Shown here piece by piece: positions 41,756 through 51,125 of a DNA stretch of 64,000 bases. Both the position numbers and the translations under genes were made by a program. The notes beneath the pieces are model-generated. The model was not told where the DNA came from, made no database searches, and worked only from the letters and a program-made list of their open reading frames with translations. Each line of letters begins with the position of its first letter. Position 1 is the stretch's first letter. Location: the NCBI GenBank assembly GCA_963735395.1, contig CAVTKV010000014.1, forward strand, positions 788-64,787, in the 5' to 3' direction. The stretch is from an uncultured Acidimicrobiales bacterium (GTDB taxonomy: Bacteria > Actinomycetota > Acidimicrobiia > Acidimicrobiales > VFJN01).

Positions 41756-42364
41756 TCACCTCACGACTCGGTACCTGATGTGCGTGGCGTACGGCGAGTC
41801 GAGGATGCGGGTGCGCTCCAGGTTCAGCCGTGTGCCGAGCTCGCCGAAGAGGGTGCGACCCGCCCCCAGGATCACCGGTGCGACGTGGATCTGCAGCTCG
41901 TCGACCAGCCCGGCCTGCAACGCCTGCTGGGCGATGCTGGCGCCGCCGCCGATGCCGACGACTTTGTCGCCGGCGATCTCGCGGGCGCGCTCGACGGCCG
42001 GCTGCACGCCGTCGACGAACTCGAAGCCCGACGCCGGGTCCGGCTGGTCGCCCAACCGGTGGGTGACCACGACGCACGGCACGCCGAACGGCGACCGGCC
42101 GCCCCAGCCGCCGGTGATGTCGTACATGCGCCGGCCCACGACGGCGGCGCCGGCCTGCACCATCTCGTCCATGATCTGCTTGTCGACCCCGGTGGCGCCG
42201 TCGCCCGGCGCATCCTCGTGCCCGTAGGTCCACGGGCCGCCGAACACCCAGTAGTGCAGCACCTCTCCCTCGTCACCGAGGCCGCGGCCGCTCCCGACGT
42301 CGTCGTTCGGTGCGGCCACGAACCCGTCCAAAGACATCGTGATGTCGAGAACCAGCTGACCCAT
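41756..42364 (-). CDS. Dihydrofolate reductase-like (RibD C-terminal) protein
   Basis: ITMSLDGFVAAP, VGRRMYD, IGGGASIAQQALQAGLVDELQIHVAPVILGAG. Confidence 0.9.
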   Translation of the reverse strand: MGQLVLDITMSLDGFVAAPNDDVGSGRGLGDEGEVLHYWVFGGPWTYGHEDAPGDGATGVDKQIMDEMVQAGAAVVGRRMYDITGGWGGRSPFGVPCVVVTHRLGDQPDPASGFEFVDGVQPAVERAREIAGDKVVGIGGGASIAQQALQAGLVDELQIHVAPVILGAGRTLFGELGTRLNLERTRILDSPYATHIRYRVVR

Positions 42365-42417
42365 CGCACGTCCTCCTCTGAAGCTCTGCGGGCACGGCGA
42401 CGGGTGGTCGCCAAGGG

Positions 42418-42448
42418 GGTAGACCGGCCCGGCCCCGGGTTCTCATCG
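42418..42448 (-). promoter_or_regulatory. SigG-like ECF promoter (DHFR-like gene)
   Basis: CGATGA-gaacccggggccgggccg(18)-GTCtacc. Confidence 0.7.
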
Positions 42449-42612
42449 ATCGGACGCGTCGGCTCGCCCCGACCGCCGCAGGGGCACCGGTCAGAGGGCC
42501 ACGACGGTCGCCGGCTGGCGGAAGCCCCCGCCGACCTGTTTAGCGTTTCGTCGATGGCCGTCCCCCTACGAGTGTGCGCGAGTAGGTCACGTCAGCGCGG
42601 GTTGCGGTCGCC

Positions 42613-44244
42613 GTGTTGCCGGTCGGCCGGCTGTGGAGCTGGCGGCCCAGCGCCAAATTCCCACGCGTCGGCTGCGGCGAGCGCCCTATCCGCTCGGCCT
42701 CTTATGCCAGCCCCGCGCGCCGTGACCCCGTGGCCCTAGCGGCCGCGGCCCTCCCCGAACGGGTCGCCGCACGCCTCGACCACAACGGGCGCTACCCGCG
42801 GGCGGTCCTGCTCGTCGCGCTCACCGGCCTGTTCGCGACCACCTTCCCGGTCACGGTCCTCACCCTGGCGATCCCGACGATCGCCCGCGACTTCGACACC
42901 AGCCAGGCCAGCCTCGCCTGGCTGATCACGCTGCCGGTGCTCGCGTCGGCGCTGGCGCTGCCCGTGCTGGGCAAGTTGGGCGACCTCTACGGCCATCGCC
43001 GAATCTTCCTCATCGGTTTCGCCCTGGCCACGGTGACCACGGCCCTCACCGCCACGGCGGGCAGCCCCGGGCTGCTCATCGCCTGGCGCACGCTCAGCCA
43101 GGTGGCCGGTGGCAGCACGATGCCCAGCTCGCTGGCCCTCATCAACTCGGTCCACCGCGGCCGGTCCCGCGCCCAGGCCATGGGGTGGTGGTCGATGATC
43201 GCCGCCGGCGCGCCCGTCGTCGGGTTGACCGTCGGGGCTCCCGTCATCGACGCGCTGGGCTGGCAGACCCTGTTCCTGATGCAGGCGGGTCTGATGGTCG
43301 TGCCCGTGTTCGCGTCGTGGCTGGTGCTGCGCGAGACGCCGCGCCGCGTCGCCACGTTCGACATCGCCGGTGCCGTGGCGCTCGCCACGGGCATCGGGCC
43401 GCTCCTCCTGGGCGTCAACCAGGTGCCGGAGTGGGGCGTGGCCAGCCCGGCGGTCGGTGCCTGCCTCGCCGTCGGCGCCCTGGGGCTGGTGGCGTTCGTG
43501 GTGATCGAGCGCCGGGTCGCGGCACCGCTGATGCCGCTGTCGTTCTTCAGCAACCGCAACGTCGCCTCGGCGCTGACCAGCGGGTTCTTCACGAGCGCGG
43601 CGTACATGGGCGGGTTCTTCATCGCCAGCCTGCTGCTCGTGGAGCAGTTCGGCTACTCGCTCAGCAGCGCGGTGCCCATCCTGGCCATCCGTCCCGCCCT
43701 GTTCGCGGCGTCGTCGCCGCTGGGCGGCCGGCTGGCGGGGCGGGCCGGGAGCCGGGTCGCCACCATCGCGGGTGCGCTGGCGCTGGCCGCCGGGATGACG
43801 GGGCTGGCCGTCGGGTCGGCGGCCGACTCGCTGGCGGTCGTCGTGGCCGTCGGGTTCCTGTGCCAGGGCATCGGCTTCGGCCTGCTGCGGCCCGCCATCA
43901 CCACGGCGCTGGCCGACGCCGTCGACGAGCGCGACCTCGGCATGGCCGGCGCGGCCGAGCGGCTGACCGGCCAGGTCGGGGTCGCCTTCGGCATCACCAT
44001 CCTGGCCACGGTCTACGGCGGCGACCTCGACGGGTTCGCGCCCACGTTCGCCATCGGCGCCGTGTTCGCCGTGCTGGGCATGGTGGCGGCACTCGGCATG
44101 CACCGCCGACAGGCCCGCGTCGTCGGGCCGGAGCACGACCACGCCCAAGCGCCGGTCCACGTGACCTCGGCGTACATCGCCGTCGACCGGGCCGAGCTCG
44201 ACCCGGCCGACGCGCTCATGCGGGCGGCCGACGAGCCGCGGTGA
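42613..44244 (+). CDS. MFS transporter (DHA2-like); start uncertain
   Basis: GKLGDLYGHRR motif A and about 14 hydrophobic segments. Confidence 0.85.
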   Translation: MLPVGRLWSWRPSAKFPRVGCGERPIRSASYASPARRDPVALAAAALPERVAARLDHNGRYPRAVLLVALTGLFATTFPVTVLTLAIPTIARDFDTSQASLAWLITLPVLASALALPVLGKLGDLYGHRRIFLIGFALATVTTALTATAGSPGLLIAWRTLSQVAGGSTMPSSLALINSVHRGRSRAQAMGWWSMIAAGAPVVGLTVGAPVIDALGWQTLFLMQAGLMVVPVFASWLVLRETPRRVATFDIAGAVALATGIGPLLLGVNQVPEWGVASPAVGACLAVGALGLVAFVVIERRVAAPLMPLSFFSNRNVASALTSGFFTSAAYMGGFFIASLLLVEQFGYSLSSAVPILAIRPALFAASSPLGGRLAGRAGSRVATIAGALALAAGMTGLAVGSAADSLAVVVAVGFLCQGIGFGLLRPAITTALADAVDERDLGMAGAAERLTGQVGVAFGITILATVYGGDLDGFAPTFAIGAVFAVLGMVAALGMHRRQARVVGPEHDHAQAPVHVTSAYIAVDRAELDPADALMRAADEPR

Positions 44245-44311
44245 CCGCGCCGTAGTGGCCGCGCCCGCCGTGGGGACGCTGTCGCCAGCGGCGGACACGA
44301 CGCGGGGCGGG

Positions 44312-44341
44312 CGACGAATCGACAGGTGCCGGACGGTCGTA
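44312..44341 (+). promoter_or_regulatory. SigG-like ECF promoter
   Basis: CGACGA-atcgacaggtgccggacg(18)-GTCgta. Confidence 0.65.
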
Positions 44342-44369
44342 CCAGTGGGCGGCCGACCAGGAGGTGCCG

Positions 44370-44681
44370 ATGTCGACGACAACCGTGATCCGCTACCGGA
44401 CGAAGCCCGAACGGGCCGACGAGAACCAGAAGCTGATCGAGGACGTGTTCGCCGAGCTGGCCGAACGTCGGCCGGCGGGCCTGCGCTACGCCAGCTACCG
44501 GCAGGGCGACGGGACGAGCTTCATGCACGTCGTGACCGTCGACGGCGACGCCCCGAACCCACTCGTGGGGCTCGACGCGTTCGGCCGCTTCCAGGCCGAC
44601 ATCGCGGCCCGCTGCGACGAGCAACCGGTCGCGACCGACGCCACCGTCGTCGGGTCCTACGACGCGACGTCCGCACGGTGA
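44370..44681 (+). CDS. Small ABM/dimeric alpha-beta barrel-like hypothetical protein
   Basis: VIRYRTKPERADENQKLIEDVFAEL...GTSFMHV...VVGSY; SD AGGAGG. Confidence 0.7.
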   Translation: MSTTTVIRYRTKPERADENQKLIEDVFAELAERRPAGLRYASYRQGDGTSFMHVVTVDGDAPNPLVGLDAFGRFQADIAARCDEQPVATDATVVGSYDATSAR

Positions 44682-44688
44682 GGTCGCG

Positions 44689-44991
44689 GTGGCCGAGCCG
44701 GACCTCCACACCGTCGACGTGCTGTGCCGGCTGCAGCTGGCCGCGCGGCGGCTCGGCCTCCGCATCACCGTGCACGGTGCCAGCGACGAGCTGCGCGCCC
44801 TGATCGGCCTCGCCGGCCTGGACGAGGACCTACTCGGGGCGCCGGTCGGGCAGGCCGAACAGGCCCAGGAGGCGGGGCTCGATGAACGCGTGGATGCCGC
44901 GGATCCGCCCGCCGGACAGCTCGACCACCTGGATGCCGAAGCGTTGGTCGGCGACGACCCCGGAGGGCCGGTACTGCCCGAAGGCCGGTGA
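44689..44991 (+). CDS. STAS-like small protein (3' end overlaps the convergent sigma gene)
   Basis: PDLHTVDVLCRLQLAARRLG...ASDELRALIGLAGL. Confidence 0.5.
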   Translation: MAEPDLHTVDVLCRLQLAARRLGLRITVHGASDELRALIGLAGLDEDLLGAPVGQAEQAQEAGLDERVDAADPPAGQLDHLDAEALVGDDPGGPVLPEGR

Positions 44992-45813
44992 GCCGTTCGC
45001 GGCCGCCGTCGGCACCAGGCGGCTGCCCCGGCAGGCCGCACCGGCGCCCCGCCACCACCGGGCCAGCGCCTCGGGGCCGTGCAGCCACAGCGAGTTGGGT
45101 GGCATCGTCATCGTGGCGTCCTCGTGCAGCAGCGCCACCAGCGACTCGATGTCGTAGCGCTCGAACGCGTCGACGTAGCGGGCGAGCAGCGCCCGGTCGG
45201 CGGCGTCCATGGCCGCCGGCGGCTCGCCCAGGTCGCGGGTCGCCAGCCGCACCCGGGCGCGCTGCAGCGTGCTGTGCACCGAGGTGCCCGTGACGCCGAG
45301 CAGCTCGCCGACCTCGGTCGCCTGCCACCCCAGCACGTCGCGCAGGATCAGCACCGCTCGCTGACGTGGCGGCAGGTGCTGCAGCGCGGCGACGAACGCC
45401 AGGCGGATGGTCTCCCGCCCCGACGCCACCTCGGCGGGGTCACCGGCCGGCACGACCCGGTGGTCCGGGACGGGCTGCAGCCATCGCACCTCGCCCGCCG
45501 GCTCGTCCGCCGGCGCGTCGCCCGACGAGGAGGGCCCGAGGTCCATGGGCAGCGCACGCCGGCTCCGCCCATGCAGCATGTCGAAGCACACGTTCGTCGC
45601 GATCCGGTAGAGCCACGACCGCAGCGAGGCGCGGCCCTCGAAGCGGGCGAACCCACGCCAGGCCCGCACCATCGTCTCCTGCACGGCGTCGTCGGCGTCG
45701 AACGCCGAGCCGAGCATCCGGTAGCAGTACCCGGTCAGCTCGACGCGGTGGCGTTCGAACCCCGCCTCGAGGTCGCTGCGCTCTGTCCCGTCGGGTGCCA
45801 TCAGGTTGGTCAC
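44830..45813 (-). CDS. ECF sigma factor, SigG-like with SnoaL C-terminus
   Basis: YCYRMLGSAFDADDAVQE, SLRSWLYRIATNVC, WLQPVPD, LQHLPPRQRAVLILRDVLGW, MTMPP. Confidence 0.9.
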   Translation of the reverse strand: MTNLMAPDGTERSDLEAGFERHRVELTGYCYRMLGSAFDADDAVQETMVRAWRGFARFEGRASLRSWLYRIATNVCFDMLHGRSRRALPMDLGPSSSGDAPADEPAGEVRWLQPVPDHRVVPAGDPAEVASGRETIRLAFVAALQHLPPRQRAVLILRDVLGWQATEVGELLGVTGTSVHSTLQRARVRLATRDLGEPPAAMDAADRALLARYVDAFERYDIESLVALLHEDATMTMPPNSLWLHGPEALARWWRGAGAACRGSRLVPTAAANGSPAFGQYRPSGVVADQRFGIQVVELSGGRIRGIHAFIEPRLLGLFGLPDRRPE

Positions 45814-45861
45814 GTGCGGTCACTCCCTTCGGCCCGCCGCGCCGCGCGCGGGCCCTCCCCA

Positions 45862-45893
45862 TACGAGACCGGTCCCGGGCCCGGGATTCATCG
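45862..45893 (-). promoter_or_regulatory. SigG-like ECF promoter upstream of the sigma gene itself (autoregulation)
   Basis: CGATGA-atcccgggcccgggaccg(18)-GTCtcgta. Confidence 0.7.
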
Positions 45894-47396
45894 CGGCTCG
45901 CTCGGCGCGGGCGGGACGGGCGACCGGCGCGTCGCCGCTCGGTCCGCCGGATCGCGCCGCACGCCGGCATCGCGTCCGTCGGCGCCCGCCGCCGCTCCGC
46001 AGGCCGCAGGAGCAGCGCAGCCGCGATGGCCGCCACCACCGCGAACCCGGCGGCGACCAACATCCCGCGCTGGAACCCCTCCGCCAGCGCCAGTGTCCGG
46101 GCCGCCGCCCGCGTCGAGGATGTCGCTCGTCCGCGCCACGGCGATGGTGGCCACGACCGCGGTGCCGAGCGCGCCGCCGACCTCGCGTGCGGTCTCGACC
46201 ATGCCGCCGGCGAGCCCGGCGACCTCCGGCTCCACGCCGATGAACGCCGCCACCTGCGTCGCCATGATCGAGAACCCGAGGCCGACGCCGAAGGCGAGGA
46301 ACCCCGGGAACAGGTCGATCCAGTACGAGGCGTCAGCCGGTGCCCGCGCCAGCAGGACCAGCCCGACCGCCACGATGCCCTGGCCGAGCACCAACGCCCG
46401 GCTCGGACCGAAGCGGTCGACGAACCGCGGCGCGACGGCGCCGGCGACCACCAGCGAGCTCGCCGTGCTGGCCAGCCAGGCCAGGCCCGTGCGCACCGCG
46501 GAGAACCCCAGCCCCTGCTGCATGAACAGCGTCGCCTGGAAGATGGTGGCGAAGAACGCGCCGAACACGAGCGCGGCGACCACGACCGCGCTCACCAGGG
46601 TCCGGCGGCGGAACATCGACGGCGGCACCAGTGGCGACGCCGCGTGCCGCTCGACCAGCACGAACGCTGCGAGGACCACGGCCCCGAGGGCCAGGAACCC
46701 CACGGTGGTGGACGACGTCCAGCCGTGGTCGATGCTCTTGTTGATGGCGTACACGACGGCCATCAACCCTGCGGTCACGGTGGCCGCGCCGAGCAGGTCC
46801 ACCGACCCGTGGCGCACGGGCAGCATCCGGGGGACGAAGCGCAGCACCAGGGCGATGAGGGCGAGGCCGATCGGCACGTTGATGAGGAAGATCCACTCCC
46901 AGCCGGGCCCGTCGGTCAGCATGCCGCTGGCGATGACGCCGATCGACGCTCCGCTGCCGGACACCGCGGCGAAGATCCCGAGCGCCTTCGTGCGTTCGGC
47001 GCCCTCGGCGAAGGTGGCGACCACGATGGACAGCGCCGCCGCCGACGCCAGCGCCGCCCCCACCCCCTGGACCGCACGGGGCACGACCAGTTGGGCGAGC
47101 GAGCCCGCGGTCCCCGCCGCCAGGGACGCCCCGGCGAACACGGCCAGGCCACCGACCAGCACCTGCCGCCGGCCGAGCAGGTCGGATGCCCGCCCGCCGA
47201 GCAGCAGGAACCCGCCCAGGGTCACCCCGTAGGCCACCACCACCCACTGCAGGTCCGCCTGCGCCAGGCCGAGGTCGGCCTGGATGGACGGGATGGCGAC
47301 GTTCACCACCGCGAGGTCCAGGATCACCATGAACTGGGCCCCGCACACCAACGCCAGGATGATCCCCGGCCTGATCGAACCACGACTCTCCGACAC
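45888..47396 (-). CDS. MFS transporter (EmrB/QacA-like); frameshift near 46100 makes the 3' end uncertain
   Basis: AQFMVILDLAVVNVAIPSI, LGGRASDLLGRR, WIFLINVPIG. Confidence 0.85.
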   Translation of the reverse strand: MSESRGSIRPGIILALVCGAQFMVILDLAVVNVAIPSIQADLGLAQADLQWVVVAYGVTLGGFLLLGGRASDLLGRRQVLVGGLAVFAGASLAAGTAGSLAQLVVPRAVQGVGAALASAAALSIVVATFAEGAERTKALGIFAAVSGSGASIGVIASGMLTDGPGWEWIFLINVPIGLALIALVLRFVPRMLPVRHGSVDLLGAATVTAGLMAVVYAINKSIDHGWTSSTTVGFLALGAVVLAAFVLVERHAASPLVPPSMFRRRTLVSAVVVAALVFGAFFATIFQATLFMQQGLGFSAVRTGLAWLASTASSLVVAGAVAPRFVDRFGPSRALVLGQGIVAVGLVLLARAPADASYWIDLFPGFLAFGVGLGFSIMATQVAAFIGVEPEVAGLAGGMVETAREVGGALGTAVVATIAVARTSDILDAGGGPDTGAGGGVPARDVGRRRVRGGGGHRGCAAPAACGAAAGADGRDAGVRRDPADRAATRRSPVPPAPSEPR

Positions 47397-47428
47397 GACT
47401 GCCTCCGGGCTGCGAGCAACGACACAGG

Positions 47429-47458
47429 TGAGACCGTCAGGTCCGGCCGGATTCGTCG
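47429..47458 (-). promoter_or_regulatory. SigG-like ECF promoter (MFS gene)
   Basis: CGACGA-atccggccggacctgacg(18)-GTCtca. Confidence 0.65.
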
Positions 47459-47595
47459 CCGCCGGTGATCGGGGCCTCTCGCGAAGTTCCTCCAGTGTTC
47501 GCTCGTCGGTCACGTGGCCGGCGCCGAGCCCACAACCGGTGCGCCGAGAGTGAGGGGGTGAAGCGACCAGAGGGTCCTGCCGGGGACGCCCCGCC

Positions 47596-48258
47596 GTGAC
47601 GACGGCGGGGGTCGGACCGATGCCCGACCCCCGCCTGAAGTCTCTCCGCTCCTCTCCCGGCACACGGCGAATCGCCGTCCTCTGTGGCCCGCTGGCGGTG
47701 TTCGCCGCCATGGCGATCGCCGGCGACGTGTTGAGCCCGGTGCTGCTCGACCGCAACCGGCTCGCGCTCGCGGCACTCACGCCCCGGACCGCTTACCTGG
47801 TCGCGCTGGCGCGTGAGGTGCCGTTGCCGCTCTTCCTCCTGGTCTCCGTCGCGAGGTTGTGCGCCGCCGACCCGCTGTACTTCATGCTCGGGCGCGCCAC
47901 AGGCCCGGCGGCGGTCTCGACGGCAGGCCGCACCCCGATGCTGCGTCGCTTCGTGCACCGACTGCCGTCGAGCTCGAGCTGGATCTGGCCGGCTGCGGTC
48001 GCCGTGTTCCCCACGGCGAAGACCATGCTCGTGGCCGGCGGTGCCGGCGTGCGGGCGGGGCGGGTGGCCGTGGCGAACGTGGCGGGAACGGTCGCCCGCG
48101 TCCTGCTCATCTGGAGCGCCGGACACGCGTTCCCGACCATGGGCGACACCGTCGCCTCGCTCACTCCGTGGATCGCGGTTCCGAGCTGCCTCGCGGCCGT
48201 CACGCTCGTTGCCGTCCGGCGCCGACGTGGCCCGCGCATCGCTCCGGCCCCCGCCTGA
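47596..48258 (+). CDS. DedA/VTT-like membrane protein
   Basis: ADPLYFMLGR, LVAGGAGVRAGRVAVANVAGTVARVLL; hydrophobic. Confidence 0.55.
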   Translation: MTTAGVGPMPDPRLKSLRSSPGTRRIAVLCGPLAVFAAMAIAGDVLSPVLLDRNRLALAALTPRTAYLVALAREVPLPLFLLVSVARLCAADPLYFMLGRATGPAAVSTAGRTPMLRRFVHRLPSSSSWIWPAAVAVFPTAKTMLVAGGAGVRAGRVAVANVAGTVARVLLIWSAGHAFPTMGDTVASLTPWIAVPSCLAAVTLVAVRRRRGPRIAPAPA

Positions 48259-48306
48259 CGAGGCGAAGCGGGGGCGGGGCCGCGGGCGTGCCCCCGGGAC
48301 GGCGGG

Positions 48307-49170
48307 TCAGAGGACGGCGTCCACGAGCAGGTCGACCTGGTCGAGCCGGGCGACGCTGGGGTCGAAGATCAGCTCGTCGACACCGGCGTCCTCGAAGCCT
48401 TGCACTCGCGCCTGCACGGCGTCCACGGAGCGGGCGGCGCCCTCGGCGATGGCGTCGACCATCTCCGGCACGAAGTCGTAGTAGTCGCGCAGGCTCCGGC
48501 GTGACAGGTCGTCGGTGCCCTCGCCGAGCGAGAAGTAGGTGAGGGCCACGATGCGCGGGGATCCCTCGCGGCCCGCCGACGACCACGCCTCGCGGATCGC
48601 GGCCACCGGCTCGCCGAGCATCTCCGGGGGGAACCCGCCGACCGTCCAGCCGACGCCCCACCGCACCACCCGGGCGGCGGCCACCGCCGGATCGCCGCCG
48701 ATCAAGATGGGCACTGCGTCGCCGTGCACGGGGCGGGGCGACACCGCCTTGTCCGCCCCGGCGACCGGCTCGCCCCGCCAGGCCCGATGCATCAGCTCCA
48801 GGCCCTCGTCGAAGCGCCGGCCGCGGGTCGCCATCTCCTGGCCCGATGCCGCGAAGTCATCGGCGCGCCCGCCCACCGCCACGCCGAGCGTGAACCGGCC
48901 CCCCGACAGCTGGTCGAGCGTGGCCGCCTCCTTGGCCAGCAACACGAAGCTGCGGGTGGGGGCCACCAGGATGTCGGTGAGCAACCCGATGCGCGCGGTC
49001 GCCGCGGCGGCGGCCGCCAACACGGTGACCTCCTCGTAGGACGGGTAGGCCACCCGTCCGATCGTGGCCAGGGACGAGAACCCACGCTCCTCGGCGCGCT
49101 GCGCCCACGGCACGAACAACGGCCCCTCGGCCCCGAGCACCGCGTTCGGCAGTCCGATCCCGATGTCCAT
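48307..49170 (-). CDS. LLM-class flavin-dependent oxidoreductase
   Basis: MDIGIGLPN, RAEERGFSSL, LAKEAATLDQLSGGRFTLGVAVGGR. Confidence 0.9.
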   Translation of the reverse strand: MDIGIGLPNAVLGAEGPLFVPWAQRAEERGFSSLATIGRVAYPSYEEVTVLAAAAAATARIGLLTDILVAPTRSFVLLAKEAATLDQLSGGRFTLGVAVGGRADDFAASGQEMATRGRRFDEGLELMHRAWRGEPVAGADKAVSPRPVHGDAVPILIGGDPAVAAARVVRWGVGWTVGGFPPEMLGEPVAAIREAWSSAGREGSPRIVALTYFSLGEGTDDLSRRSLRDYYDFVPEMVDAIAEGAARSVDAVQARVQGFEDAGVDELIFDPSVARLDQVDLLVDAVL

Positions 49171-49340
49171 CGACGACCCCCTGTGCGCACGGTGTCCCGC
49201 CGCCAACGAGCATCGCGCATCCCCGCGCCGAGCGCGCACCGTGCATCGACGGCCGCCAGAGGCGATGATTGTGCCCGGTGGGTGGCTCAACCCACGCTCA
49301 TGGCCACCGACGGCCGGCAACCCAGCCCAGGAGGTGCCAG

Positions 49341-49799
49341 ATGAACGGACAACGGGCGCGCCGCATCGCTCCGACGCTCGACCGCGTGCCGGTCATCCCG
49401 AAGGCGACACCGGTGCCGGCATCCCCCTCGGGGAGCCTGCTCAAGATCGGATGGGCGGCGGTCCTCGGCGTGGGCTGGCCGCTCAGCTTCGCCGTGGCCC
49501 TGGCGCTCGAGCCCACCCCGGCCCAACCCGAGGCTGCGCCGCCACTCATCGTCGAGCTCGCCGGCCTCGCCCTGTTCGTCGGGCTGGTGACCACCGCCGT
49601 CGCTGCGGCCTGCCGACACCGATCGGCTGTCGCCGCGGCCATCGTCGTCGGCCTGATCGCCGTCGCGTCGTCGGTCATGTGTCCGGTCTCGGGCCACCAT
49701 GCCGTCGGAACGTGGTGGTTCGCCCAGCTCGGCCTGATGGTCACGATGCTCGCGACGAGCGTCGCCGCGGTCGGCCACCGGGCCCGCACGGCGGACTGA
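49341..49799 (+). CDS. Hypothetical 4-TM membrane protein
   Basis: SD AGGAGG, hydrophobic segments, CPVSGHHAVGTWW motif. Confidence 0.65.
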   Translation: MNGQRARRIAPTLDRVPVIPKATPVPASPSGSLLKIGWAAVLGVGWPLSFAVALALEPTPAQPEAAPPLIVELAGLALFVGLVTTAVAAACRHRSAVAAAIVVGLIAVASSVMCPVSGHHAVGTWWFAQLGLMVTMLATSVAAVGHRARTAD

Positions 49800-49864
49800 G
49801 CGTCACCGGCCTGCGGCTGACTGCGACGGGACGCCGGACGGCGGTGCCCGCGTGCGGTCGGGGA

Positions 49865-50905
49865 TCAGTCGGGCGGCTCGTCGGGCAGGTCGAAGCGGGC
49901 GAGGACGTCCGGGCTCAGGAACACGGTGATGCCGGAGACCTGCTCGCCGCGCAGGCTGAACACGTTGAGCGCACTCAGGCGGAACTGGCCGGTCGCGGCG
50001 TCGCCCTGGTAGCAGGCCATGGCCGGCTGGCCGCTGGCCCACATCGCCGTGAACCGCCACGGCGTGGCGAACACCCGCTCGGCGAGGAACGTCCCCACAT
50101 CGGCGCGGCCCCGGAACCACGCCGGCAGCGGCGGCATGGCGAAGGTGGCGTCGTCGGACAGCATGGCGACGATGGCGTCGACGTCGGCCCGCTCCCATGC
50201 GCCTACGAAGCGAGCGACGAACCGGCGCGCCCCGTCGTCACCGAGCGACCGCAGCGTGGCCTGCTGGCTCTCGCCGGGCAGCCGCTCGGCGACGGTCTGG
50301 CGGGCCCGCTGCAGGGCGCTGTTCACCGATGCCACGCTCGTGTCGAGCGACCCGGCCACATCGCGGGCCGGGTAGCCCAGCACGTCCCGCAGGATCAGCA
50401 CGGCCCGCTGCGTCGCCGGCAGGTGCTGCAGCGCGGCCACGAACGCCAGCTCCACGCTCTCGCGCTGGTCGTAGCGGGCCTCGGGAGAGGCGCGGCCGGC
50501 ATCGGTGCCGATCCGGTCGTCGGGGTAGGGCTCGACCCACACGGGCTCCTCCACCGGCTCGGCGAGCTCGCGGCGCGGATCGGCCGGCGGCCCGTACGCG
50601 GCCGGCAGCAGGCGCGGCGGCCGACGGGCCTGCAGGCGGAGGCAGGCGTTGGTGGCGATCGTGTAGAGCCAGGTGCGCAGCGAGCTGCGGCCCTCGAAGC
50701 TCGGCAACCCGCGCCAGGCACCGAGCAGCGTCTCCTGCACCGCGTCCTCGGCGTCGTGCAGCGAGCCCAGCATGCGGTAGCAGTGGACGTGGAGCTGCCC
50801 CCGATAAGGCTCGACCAGCCGGCGGAAGGCCTGCTCGTCGCCCGCGCGAGCGGTGTCGAGCAGCTCGCGCTCGAGGGCCGTCGAGCTCGACGGTGCGGTG
50901 GCCAT
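49865..50905 (-). CDS. Second SigG-like ECF sigma factor with SnoaL C-terminus
   Basis: HCYRMLGSLHDAEDAVQE, WVEPYPD, LQHLPATQRAVLILRDVLG, FAMPPLPAWFRG. Confidence 0.9.
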   Translation of the reverse strand: MATAPSSSTALERELLDTARAGDEQAFRRLVEPYRGQLHVHCYRMLGSLHDAEDAVQETLLGAWRGLPSFEGRSSLRTWLYTIATNACLRLQARRPPRLLPAAYGPPADPRRELAEPVEEPVWVEPYPDDRIGTDAGRASPEARYDQRESVELAFVAALQHLPATQRAVLILRDVLGYPARDVAGSLDTSVASVNSALQRARQTVAERLPGESQQATLRSLGDDGARRFVARFVGAWERADVDAIVAMLSDDATFAMPPLPAWFRGRADVGTFLAERVFATPWRFTAMWASGQPAMACYQGDAATGQFRLSALNVFSLRGEQVSGITVFLSPDVLARFDLPDEPPD

Positions 50906-50916
50906 CGGCGACCAAC

Positions 50917-51083
50917 CTAGTGGGGTGGCTCGTAGCGCTCGGCAGGTAACCGCCGAGTCAGCGGCGCCTCTGGCAAGGACGCAGGACGAAGGCGCAGCCG
51001 TAGCTGCGGCGAGGACGAGGACGCAGTCCAGAGGCGTCGCTGGCCGGCGGTTAGCGGCGTTGCGCTGCGAGCCACTCCACTAG
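50917..51083. mobile_element. 167-bp non-coding palindromic MITE/REP-like element bounded by CTAG
   Basis: 22-bp terminal inverted repeats (ctagtggggtggctcgtagcgc / gcgctgcgagccactccactag) with nested inner stems. Confidence 0.7.
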
Positions 51084-51125
51084 GGCCGGGGACCGCGCGA
51101 TGGGCGAGGTGGCGGAGCCCGCGGG

